A stretch of DNA of 64,000 nucleotides from Paraspadella gotoi. Lineage: Eukaryota; Animalia; Chaetognatha. Below the pieces are notes generated by a model, which was given only the letters and a program-made list of their open reading frames with translations, did not search any database and was not told where the DNA came from. Position 1 is the stretch's first letter; every line of letters begins with the position of its first letter. The position numbers and the translations under genes were made by a program. Below are positions 25,887-38,500 of this stretch, piece by piece. Where the stretch lies: positions 1,540,262 to 1,604,261 of the forward strand of contig JBJCIZ010000744.1 of NCBI GenBank assembly GCA_051294375.1. The letters run 5' to 3'.

Positions 25887-27001
25887 CGAAAGAGTTTCGC
25901 TTCTTCACGTCGCGATTGATTCGCTTGCCAACTTCTTCTCTTCCCCCAGCGACTCTAACGATGATGGGTTATCGCAAGTTACCATCCCGCCTACGATATC
26001 CACGTTACAATTGCTACAACAGCAAACATAATCTCCCCAGCTTGTGAAACTAATCTTCAGTCTTCCTTATAGTCCCATCGACAGCAATAAATGACCCCCA
26101 TTCCGACTGATAGCTTCCGACTCCGACCGATCGCCTCCTACCCATCGCTTCCGACCAATCCAACTCAGTGCGCTTCCAATTCTTTCCAGTATTATTCGCC
26201 TTTTAGGTAGCGAGATATGAAAAAAATCCGTCCCAGCGACTCTCGACCGTGACATTCCCCCTAATGATCCATGATATATCGTAGTGTTTTTACTGCATCG
26301 GATATGTTTGTTTTTTCTCTTTCGTCTCGCCAATCGAATTTTGTGCCTTAAGATGTAACTTTTTTATTGTTACTATTTGTTAACTTTCGTTGTGCAACTG
26401 GTTTATTTTCGTGAGTTTTTTGTAATTTTGTTTTTTAAATTCATACACATTCGGGACTTGGATATTGAAACTCTTCCCTTTTTTTTTATATAGATGCCAT
26501 CTTTATTCCTTCACTTTATTCCCCACAAATCCCCAGCCACCCTGCCTACTGCCATGTTGCCTTTATTGCTTAACATAATCTCAGATCTTCCTCTATTCTC
26601 TTCCCCCCGAAAGAGATTCATATTTTACGATCCGTTAGTCGACGCAATTGCTCACAATATTCCCTTCTCTCAAAAACCCATCTTTAATCCTTTATTCTTC
26701 ATATTCCCTTTCAATGTTTTTTTTTTTCCCTTTTAATTAGAGAAAGCAAAAAAAAAGAAAAGAACAGACTTGAAAAAAAAGTATTTATTACGTAGAAAAG
26801 TGTGAGGATCCAACTTTGGCTTCAACTTCCGACGAGAAATCTCTTCCAGAAAAAGGCCGATTGCCGAATCCAGGACTCGCGCTCACTTGTTAATTAATAT
26901 TGAGGATCTTGATTTGGATTCTAGTCCCGTCGATCCGCATTCACGATGATCGCTGAATAAAAAAAGGATTAAAAAGGGAAAATAAGAGAGAGAGAGAGAG
27001 A

Positions 27002-30000
27002 ATGGACGAGGAACGGCGTCGAGGCGGTAATGTTGTCGAATTAGGCATCGTCGGTTGTAACTTCGAGAAATCTACCTTTAGAGGTGAGTATTAATTCTTT
27101 ATAACTTCCTTTTACGCTTTATAATAATAATAATATTAAATAATGAATAATACTAAATTTACACCTCCTAAGGACCTCGCCCCAGCATCGGCGGCGGCGG
27201 TCTTCGAGCCAAATTCGCCGCCGCCTCCTCCTCCCGCCGCTCCGCCGCCGCTGACCGCCTCCTGCAGCGTCGCGAGGACGACGACGCCATCTCGCGGGCG
27301 AAGCAGCGGGTCGGCGGTACCGCCGGCCGCGGCGTCGGCGGCGTTGCCACCTCCCGCCTGCCAGTTTGAAGAATCAATTCGTGAGGCGATATCCGCAGCT
27401 GAGCGCTTATCTGAAGACGGCCTTCGAGGACGACAGCGTCGGCGGTCGAGTCACGGACGATCACTTGAGGTGAGAGGCGTGGGGGGGGGGTGGGAGTTTG
27501 GGATTTGGTCGGAGAAAAAAAGAAGATGAAAGGCTTGTTATACGATCGTGTCCAGTTTGATTGAAAGCTTGCAGGCACCTGTTATGTCATTATCTTGTAT
27601 TAGTGATAAATAGATAATTCTTATATCGGTTATACCAATGTCATAAGTATTTGATAATATTTTTCGTTTTAAAACATTGGTTTTATTATTTTTTCAAGAT
27701 CCATCCTACAAAGGACGGGACTCAGCCTCGTCGGAGGAGCAAAGAAGGAAGTAGAGAGAAGAGAAGGAGAAGATGATCGCCCAAAACCGACGCAACCTTC
27801 TCCGCCTTGGAAAACGTCGAGACGACCCGTCCTCTACGATTTCGTGTACGAACCGCAGCCGCCGCAAGTGCAGCATCGATCGCCGCAGCTCCAGCAGCGG
27901 ACGCCGCTTCAGGGGGAAATGATATTCGATCCTCTTCTTTCGTCGACGTTTGGAGGCGAAAGCGAATCGACCGTTGATGGAGAACTCTCTCCATCTCAGC
28001 ATCAGCTTAAACAACAACACCACCACCAAAAACGACAGACGCTTCAGTTAGAAAAACAAAAACAAAAACAAACCAAACAACATCACCAAAAACAACAACA
28101 ACAACCAGAAAAACCGCACCAAAAACAACTCCACCAAAACCAACCCCATCAACAACAGCGCGAAAAGCAACAACTCCATCAACGTCCTCCGTCCAAACTT
28201 TACTCGACGAAAGACTTCGTCTTCCTTCGATCTTCCTTCGCCAGACGAAAGGCGCTTCCTTCCTTCGATCCCTCCCTCGATTTTGCGTCGGCAACTGCGT
28301 CGGCAACTGCGTCGGCAACGTCTTCAATCGCGTCGACGTCGTCCCGTTCCAGTTTCCAATCTTACGACGACGACGACAAGACGCTTTTATCTTCCTCCTC
28401 TTCCTCCTCTACTTTCCGCAGTTGTCGGTCGACGGCGATCGAAGGATCCAGCGTCTCTTCCTCCTTCCCCCGTTCGTCTTTGGCGAATTCGTCCTTAGCA
28501 ACTTCCTCCTTTCCCAGTTCGTCCTTCGCAACTTCGTTCTTCGCCAGTTCGTCCTTTTCAACTTCGCCAAACGCTTCAGGTTTTTCTTCTTCAATTTCCT
28601 CACTACCTCCACCAACGAGAATTCCTTCCGTCGAAATTATTTCCAAGTATCCGTCTGCGATCCCGTCTGTAATCCCATCTCGAATCCCATCCGTAATCCC
28701 GTCTGGGATCCCATCTCCAATTCCTTCGTCTTCATCGATGACCACGAAAAAAGATCGTTGTCTCCAGCAACATCAACGTCCCGCTTCTCGACATCGCCGA
28801 CGATCGCGGATTCAACATGAGAACCATAAACTCTCGAATCCGCGACGTCGATCCTCGCAACAACAGTCGGATGTTTCTCAGCAGAAACCTCGGTTGGATA
28901 GAGATACTTTCCCGCAGCAACCGCAGAATCATCAGTATGGTTCGGATACTGTAAAGAATCAACAGCTGGTTCGAAGATATACCTTACATCAGCAACATCA
29001 GCTGGAGAGAGAGAGACTCGAAGATGAGTTCTTCTCTTGCGAATCCGAAGACGACGAAAGTCTACCTTCGACGCTGCAGCATCCGCGGCAGCAAGAAAGC
29101 CGTCCGCCGCCGCGAAAGCAGCAGCCAAACTCTTCTGTCGAATCCCGCCCGTCGCCGACTCGTCGGCGATCTCAGCGACAACAACAACAACGTCAAAAAC
29201 AACAACTTCACCAAAAAGATGAAAATCGCTGTTTCCTCTCGACGCAGCAACAAATTCCAGTTTTGCGGCGGCAGAACCATCGATCCGCCAGCGACTTGCC
29301 GCATCCAGACGAAATAACCAACGATGTCATCGAAGAGAAAAATCGTTGGGCGACCAAGTTGCGGCAGAGATCGAACGCTTCGTCCAATAACTTTCTTCGT
29401 CCCGAAGATGGATCGATGCGCAATTTGCGGCGGCAGCAGCAAGATCTCGCCTCCATCTCGCCGCAGCGACTGGATTCGTCGTCGATCGTGGATCGAAAGA
29501 CGAAACCGCGAGCGTCGAAGATTCCGCCTCCATCCGTTCGCGTCTCGCAAAGAACGCAGCGTCGACAGGAACGGCAAGAGCAGCAACAGCAGCCTCAGCC
29601 CCCGCGGCGGATACAAGGACAACAACGAACGCAGCAGCAGCAACGGCCTGCAAGCGAACCCTTTCTCGACCTTAGTTTCTCTTCCTCTTCCTCCTTGATT
29701 CCAACGGAACCGTTCCTCAGAAGTCGAAGCGTCAGGTTGCGAAGATCATTCTCATCATCAGCTGCGACAGCGGCGGCGGCACCAGCAGCGGCGAGACTCG
29801 ACGGCATCGCAGCGGATCCAGCGGATGAAACGGACTTGAACTTGGAAGCCACGACCATGGAGTCGATCGAAGAATCAACGTGCGTCATTGACGTAAGTGA
29901 TTGCGTCACTCCCAGCGTCAATCCCGGCGCCACTTCCAGCGTCAATCCTGGCGCCACGCCGTATTCAACGCCTCTGTTGACGCTGGATGCCACCGTCGAC

Positions 30001-33000
30001 ACCTCTTCTGCTTTTCCTTCTCCCATTTCCGAGAAATCTGGGTACGATCCGTTATTTTTATGTATTATTATATCATCGCAGGAGTATCAAGCCACCAGAA
30101 TCAAATATTAATAAATATTTTTATATAATATAAATAATATTATAAAAATTATTTGTAAAAATGAAATATATCAATAAATATGAGTTGAAATAAAATATAA
30201 TTAAAATATAATCTTTCAAATTTAAAGGACCGATAATTCCGTGGACGACGACGACGATGAAGATTGCTTGAATGGCACCGTCGTTGACGTCGCGAATCAT
30301 TTAGTTGACGTCAGCGACGTGATCTCAAAGGAGAAAGAGGTCAGTCGAGTAGGCGCCACCGATGGCGCCTCTATCGCTGGAAAAATCAGCGTCGACGACG
30401 ACGAAGACAACGGGAGCAAAGAGGTAAGTGACGGAAATATTTTGTCTTTGTGAAATGTTGAGACGAAATAATTTCGAGTGTAAAGTTTAATCTACGATCC
30501 GTTTTACTTTTGGGAAAATACTATTTAATCTATTTTCTGTCGATAATAGATTAGTACGATTTATTGATTTTTTGATGTGCGAATCTCATGCACTACTACT
30601 ATAGCTTATATCGAGCCCCGAATGCTACTGCAATGAAAGTCAATATATATTTTAATTTCGTATTAATTAAGGTTTTATACGTAGTTAAATAATTATCAGT
30701 CCCTATTTTCCTATGGTCTTCTAATCCCTATCTTCTAATCTTCTAATCCCTTCTAATCCCGCTTAGCCTTTGGCTTCAAGGCAGAGATTGAATCACAGGT
30801 GGTCATTTCGCCAGAAACATCACTTACCCATTTTCGTTTCCTTCATATTCTTTTCAACTTTTATATCCGATTTAAAAAGAAAAAAAAGCATTAAGTGATT
30901 AACGCTTTATTAATGTTAAAAAAGAATAAGCATTAAGTGATTAACGCTTTATTAATGTTATTACAACCTCGCTCGTGTCTCTCTCATTTTTCCAAAAACG
31001 GATGAAACGCAAGTAAACCCGTGTAGTATAATTTATTTTTTCAACTTGTGCGGAATTTCAAATGTCAAATGTCAAATGGTTCAGATCTTTCTTGCGTCTC
31101 ACTCGCATTTTTTTTTTTCGTTTCACGATCTTTAATTTTTTTTTTTTCGTTCTCAATTCTTCAAAATTAGTGAAGCATCGTGACGTCGTATAATCAATAA
31201 TCAATTTAATCATCAATACAAACCAAACTTTTTTTTTTTCATTTCTCCCTTTCCCCCTCCTTTGTTCACTTGTTTTGCCAAATCGAACTCGATCTCTAAT
31301 TCCTTCTTTCACCCTATCGATCCTGTGTTGTCTTCTTATCACCGTTCTTCTCTTCTTTTTTCTTGTCCTCTCTTATTTCGTCTTGTCTTTTCTTTCTTTT
31401 CTCTCTCCTTTTTTTTTTTTTTCTCCCCTTCTCTTCTCTCCTTAGCCTCCCTTTCTTCCGGAAGCGACGTCGTCGTCACCGAAAGCGCAACCGGCGCCGA
31501 CGACAACGGCGCCTCCTTTTCTTGCGCCGGCGTCGCGCGGTTCCACCCTCGCGCGCCCAACGCTGAGGAGCCGAAGATCGCGAAGTCTCCCGACTTTCAA
31601 CGAGTTCGAAAAGATTTGGTCAGGTGAGGATTTGGTCAGGGTAGGATTTGGTCTGGTGATGATTTAGTCAGGTGCGGATTTGGTTTGGGTGTAACTCTCG
31701 CGGTTTCTTAGTAGAAGCATAGAACAAGCTTCGGTCGGCAGTAGTATGCGGTCAATGTCATGCACAACTTTATGATTCGTTTGGGGTTAGAATTCTTATG
31801 TTGCTTTAAAGGTCACTACTTGCACTGGTCGCTTTCTAATACAAATAATTATTTTAAATATCAAGTAACAGTGCATAAAAATAAAAGAAATCAATTTATT
31901 GCCATAAATCTCTATAGACTATATACATATTTGTGCCAAAGTCATCATTACTAGCTAAAAGAGAGAAAACCAAAAAAAATTCTTGTTTTGTCTCTTTTAG
32001 CTACTCATGATGACTGGGCAAATTTAAGTCTAAATTTATACATATATGGCAAAAATTTATTATTGAAAGTATTTACTATTTATTAATATTTAATGATTAT
32101 AATATATAAATTTACCAGACGAAGTTTACGACGACAGCGACGAAAGCGACGACGAATCCGAAGTCAATTTTCCCTTGGATCCCGTATTTGACGACGACGA
32201 CGACGAAAAAGATAGTGTCGAAGCCAACAAGCGCAGTTTCGTCAAAGACATTGAAACCAACGCCAAAGACAATGATGACGACCCCAAGAGCTTCAACATC
32301 AACGCCAAAGGCAACAACAGCAATACCAATGCTAACAACAGCAATCCAAAATGCAACAACAGCAACGCTCAGAGCAACAACATCAGCAACGTCCGACGAA
32401 ACGTCAGCGCGAAATCCCTCGGGACTTCGTCGTCGTCTCCCGGATTCGTTTACGCTTCTTTTCGAGTCAAAAACTCGCGCCCTCTATACGTCGAGTCCGC
32501 GGCGCCACCTTCCGTCCCGGCGTCGAATTCGTGGCGCCGAACCGACGCCGCTTCCGTCGTTTTCCAAGGCGGCGGTGATGCGGCGGCTGGCGCTGCTCCC
32601 GCTACCTCACCCGACCCCGTTCTTCTTCCGGACGACACCGGCCAAGAAAACAACGCTGTTCCGGCGGAAGTGACGTGGCCGGAAATCTTGACCTTGACGC
32701 CGGTAGAGGAAGCGCCGATTTGTCCAGAAACGATACGTTCGTCCGATGTCGACGACGTGGCGGCGGCGTCGGCGGCGGCGGCGGCGAAGACAAGGGAGGT
32801 TCTCTCTCTCTGTCCTTTGGCTCGTTTGGCTTTGGCGTCGGAGAAAGGGGGGGGAGGAGTAGGAGGAGGAGGATCCTCTGGAGAGTTGAAGACGACGTCG
32901 ACGACCTCGTTGGCGTCGGCGGCGTCGAGTGACTCTGGGATTAACAAAAGTCCGCTTCACGAAGGTACGAATCGATTCTGTGAACTTTTGGTTCTGGAAT

Positions 33001-35561
33001 TTTTACCCGAATTACATCTTATATTTATCATTTAAATATGAAACGGGACAATTTTTCTCTTTTTTTTTTACAATTCTGGACCATCCAATTTTATTGACGC
33101 GCAGAGAGATAACTTTTATAAAAGTCGGTTAACCCCTCAATATGAGAATTAGTTTCTTTTAATGTTAATTTTTGTTTATCGCCGCAGAGGGCGCTGAGGA
33201 ACTGAGGGAAGAAAGCGGCGCCATCGTGGACGCCGACGACGTCGACGACGTTATCGTGAGACGGAAGCCCAGGCCTCCCCCGACGAGCACCAGGCCTGTC
33301 AGGTAAGAGTGGAAAGTGATTGGTTGATTGATTGAAAGTGCTTGACGCTTGGCTTAAGGGCGAAGTTAATTGACATAAAAGAATCCTTTTCAGACAAATT
33401 AGTTATGTCTTTCTAATTACACGTGACATGGTGGTTAATTTGCTTTAACCAATATAAAAATTAGTCATTCACTCAAGATAAACACGTCCCCTTATTTAGA
33501 CGGGCTATATTAAGGCAAGATGATGTAATTAATTATTACAATATTTATCTTATATCCAAGCTACATATTATTTGTGATTTCAGCTGTGAATTTTCCTCGG
33601 CCTCCTTCGAGCTTCGCTACCAGGACCTCCTCGGAAGCCTTCAGTCTGACGAGTAATCTATGAAAAGAATATTATTAACCGGAGTTATTATTTTGTTAAT
33701 AAAACTAGGTACAAATCACTTTCTCAGGTCTCGAGCGAAATTGGATCGGAGCAAATCGGATGCGTCCTCTTCCTCCATTGTCGACCCTTCCATCTGTGAG
33801 TATTTTTATATTGGTTGTACCAATTTCATATAAAGTTTGAAAAATCTATTTATTTATTCGTTAGTTTAATTATTTAACTTTCACTTCCACCGACTCTGAT
33901 TTTCTCTTTTCAGCCTCAACACCCGGAAATTCGTTTTCTCCTCGTTGGCGGCGACGAGATTCGGCGGCGGCGGGAAAACCGCCGCCGCCGCTCGACCATC
34001 CGCATCCGGTGAGTCGTTGGAGGGTGGGCCGGTAGGGGGGTAAAGGTGTGTGTTACATTGTTGTCCAAGTCTGTCTTATGGCATAATTGTTATTCATGGC
34101 ATTTTTATTGAATTCAAAGCTCGTCGGTTGTAATTAAAATGTTTCCATGATAGGTTTTGATTAACGTTGTTGGAAAATTCGTCTTAAAATCATTCTACTT
34201 AAAAATATATTTGCTATATTAAAGCTTTGCTTCTAGCAAGTGGAAAAAATTATTCACTTGGTGGCAGGGGCGGGTTTTGAACTTGTCATTTAAAATCCTC
34301 ACCCCCTCACCAATCCCTGACTCTCCTCAGATGAGTCCAATGATGAGTTCATTTCCTTCTCTCACCGAACTCTCTTCACTTCGTCGTCTTTCCCGTCATC
34401 CGTCATGGTTGAACCTCGTCAAGAAGACTCCGAGGTTTGACTCTTTGTCTACTATGATTACAATAATTACATTAACAGAACATAATCTTCTGCATACTTA
34501 ATAAAAATACGAAAATACGCAAATTATCTAGATTGAGGAAATCGGTCTCATTTGGAACTATTTACAAACTACTTTGATAAAATTCATAATAATATGGTGG
34601 ACTAAAATCCATCAAGCGTTCATTAGCGGCCATTGGTGCCGGAGGCATGTCATTCGTCTCCCAACCCAAAGGTCCTGGGTTTTAGCCCGGTGGTCGCCTA
34701 GCACTTAAGAGGGACGGGGCGCTTAACCCGCCTGTAACATGATGTTACAGCCTGATCCGAAGCTCAGGGACTGCTTATATTGAATGGTTCTCTCACTAAC
34801 ACATAACAATAATTACTGTCTCTTCAATAATTACAATATTAATGAATAGATAACTAACACTAACACATAACAATAATTACTGTCTCTTCAATAATTACAA
34901 TATTAATGAATAGATATAAAAATGAATAAAAGTCTGATGATGAATTTACGACACCCGAACTCTCTTCATCCCCCCCCCTCGATAACAGTTCCTCTTCTCA
35001 ACCCGTCATCTCTTCTTCCTCGTCCCAACCAACCGTCGCCGCAACCGTCGCCGCCACGCCCATTCCCGACGCCGGAAAATCCGGTGCGCTGAAGTCGAGC
35101 CTCTTCGGCGAGGGCGTTTGGCGCCGGAAGAAGGCGGCGTTCAAAAAGGCGGCGGCGTCGTTGCCGACTTTGAGGTGAGCACTAATATGCAAATGAGATT
35201 TCGAACCGAGGCTCGTCGAAAAACAAATGATCAACGGTAGTCAATTTGAAATATATTCTCTCCCTCAGGCGACCCCCTTCCCTCCTCTCTCTCACCTCTC
35301 TCTCTACCTCTTCCCCTTCCTCCTCCTCCCCTTCTTCCTCTTCCCTCCCCTCCACCTCCCTCACTCTCTCTTCCTCCTCCGCCTCTTCCGCCGTCATCGC
35401 CTACGACGACGAGGACGACGACGACGACGTCACGCGGGTCGGGACTCGTCAGGTTGGGAAGTATTCGTTAATTTATTCATTAGTTTACCATTTAATTTAT
35501 TTACTTCTGGCGATAAATATTTATTGAACACGATTGAAAAAGAATTCTTCTTTTTTTTTTA

Positions 35562-35599
<38 letters not shown>

Positions 35600-38500
35600 C
35601 CTCTCCCTCCACTTCCTCCCCAGTTCGAAGACGACGACGACGACGACCTCCTCGACGGCGAATTCCGCACCCACCCTTACCTCACCCGGATGTTATCGAC
35701 GAGCACGCCATCCGGGCTCGACGATCCCGAGATGGACGTCTTGAGGTGGAAAGTGGGTGAAATGTGGGGAAGAATTTAAGATGATGATGATGTTTATTAG
35801 AGCAACAATTTTTGTTAAAAGAAAGTTGTATTGCAACGGGGGGACATGTGTGATGCCTGGGGTGTGAGGCATCTCCCGACAGCTGGCGCACAGGGCTTTG
35901 GACCTACAGTGACCACCCCATGTCACTGGCGTGTTTATGCCAACACCATCACACTTTAACCAGCGTGACCGTGAGGGGATTGAACTCACGGTTGGTGAAT
36001 GAGTAATTAGCTGTCCAAGCCAATGGGACGAGCTGAGTTTTACCAAGCTATACGGGAAGCGAATTTAGGATTCGCCACAGTTGATTAAATTGATGATAAA
36101 ATAAATCGTTCCTGTAATAAAATCACGTTTTCTTTTAATCAAAACGCAACGAAACGAAAGCAAAAATACAATGATGATGATGATGATGATGATGATTTTT
36201 TTACAATTGTGGATATAGTCGCTACTCCACCCAAGAATGTTAGCATTGAACCTGTTAATAAGTGAAAATTATCCTCCATGCCTCACCCTCCATGCCTCAT
36301 TGCCTCACCCTTCTCCCTCCGCAAAGAAATCCTCCCCAGAGTCACGCTCGTTTCTCCCGCGTCGTCAGCCTCGACTCTTCCCCTGGTCCGGTCACGACGG
36401 ACAAATTTGCCGCGGGTTAGTTAATAGTTAGTCTGCAAAATTGTAGTAATATTTAATATCGTCTTTTATTCTCTTTTTTTTTGTTTTTGTATTTTTTTTT
36501 TTGTCAGGCGGTAAATCTGTGGACGACGATCGCCTGGTGACTGAACGACGCCAGCGCCTGTGGACTGGCGACGGCGTCAAGGGCGGCGCCAGGTTAGGGG
36601 GGGGCGATAGATTAGATTGACGAGAACGGATTGGGATATAAGTCCGTAATGGTATCAATCAGTTTGATTAATTGATTGGATGATGTGTTTTGACGTGTGT
36701 TGTCAAAATAATATGACAAGTGAAGCCATGAAATAAAGTCGTTATAGTAATCAAACATGAAAAAAAAACCGGTTGGCCATCTTTATTCCGTCTAATATTT
36801 TCTATCAACCTTATCTTGCTTCTTCATCCTTTTTTTTTTCCCCCACCTTTTTTTCTTTATCTTACTCTGTAATCTTCATTCTTCTTCCATCATTTTACTT
36901 CTTTCTTTTTTTCTCTCTGTCCTTTTCTTTCCCTTTTTTCTATCCCCTCACTCTCTCTCCTCACTCTCTCTCCATCTCTTTCTCTCCCCCCCCCCAACAT
37001 CTCTCTCTCTCCATATCTCTGATCTCTCCAATCCTTGACTCCAGACTCGTGGAGGCCCTCTGGAACCACGCGACGTCCGACTCGGAGGAATTGAGTTTCG
37101 TCGCCGGCGAAAGACTCGTCGTCGTCGATGCCACCGACGAACATTGGTGGTACGGGGCCAGGCTGGAGCAGGTAGGAGGAGTTTGGCTGGCGCAGGTTAG
37201 GGGCGGCCTGGCTGGAGCAGGGTAGGTTCGGGCTGGTTGGAACAGGTTAGGGGCGGCCTGGCTGGAGCAGGGTACGTTCGGGATGGTTGGAGCAGGTTAG
37301 GTTCGGGCTGGTTGTTGCAGGTTAGGGGCGGGCTGGCTGGAGTAGGTTAGGGGTGGGCTTTCTGGACCACTTGCTGCAGCAGTTAGATCTTCTTTCAAGT
37401 GCATCCGGCTAAATTAGCTATCTCAGTTGAATGAATTTGCTTTAAGCTGGAAGAGCTTAGGCCCTATAGTCCGACTTGAAGCTGGTTCTTGTCGCGATCG
37501 AAGGGAGTTATATCGTGAATCGTGAATCTCCAAAGATCGAGATTGATCAAGAAAAGATCTCCCTCATCTCCTCATCCCATCCCGTTCCAACCTCAGGACG
37601 ACACTCCCTCCCCCTCTTCCCCCTCTTCCCCGCCTTCTTCCGTCGACGACCGCCGTCCGGTCCCGCGCCGGAGCCGCCTCGGTTGGAATCCCGGCAATCA
37701 CGTCGCCCTCTGCACCATTCCGGGTGAGACTTCTTAGTTTTATTATAATTGTGAATAATGAATGAAAAAGAGACTGAGAGATTCTTGAAATCTTGCAAGG
37801 GTGTCCTACCATGTTGTCTCGTTAAAAAGGGCGGGAGGGCCATAAATAAACTTGGGAAGAGAGATAGCTTGTTTATTAAATAAATGGATTCTTTATATTG
37901 TTTGTAACTCGTAACATATTAATTTTATTTTTTTCTCCCCCCCCCCTATCGTTTAAAAGATTTCCTCGAATCGGAAGTGGACATCGACTTGAAGGATCGC
38001 GAACGCCGACGACCGAGTTGGACTCGACCACGCCGACCATTTGACGCCGGGGTGAGACGGCGGCGCGAGGGTTTATTGAATATGCCACACCCTGTTATAA
38101 TATTTATTAATTAATTAATTTTCGTTGATATCGTCCCTAATTTTCCTCAGAACTCCTAAGAAATTCTTCTCGGAATCCAAGTCGACGCGAGACGACGGCG
38201 TCTTCGAGAAGATTCATACAGTTTAGTGTTAAATAATTATGTATATCTATTTTAATATTAGTTAAAAATGTCAATTTTAAACTTATCCGTTTCAGCTCCG
38301 CACCTCTCGCCGGGCAAGAGCCCCGCCCTCGTCCGTCAAGAGCGAATGAGATCCGCGGTCATCGACGAACTCGTCAATGTTGAGAACGACTTCGCCAGGC
38401 ATCTCAAGGTGAAAGGGGGGCGGACCACCGTGCGTCAATTATTTTATATCATTACTAATTAAATACTTAAAAAAGTATTTTTGAAAATTTAAATCCTTAA

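Noticed and set aside
34626-34698. Functional tRNA-Gly gene
   Set aside because: The anticodon stem does not pair, the T-loop lacks TTCRA, and a SINE-like body follows. Recorded as a tRNA-derived element instead.
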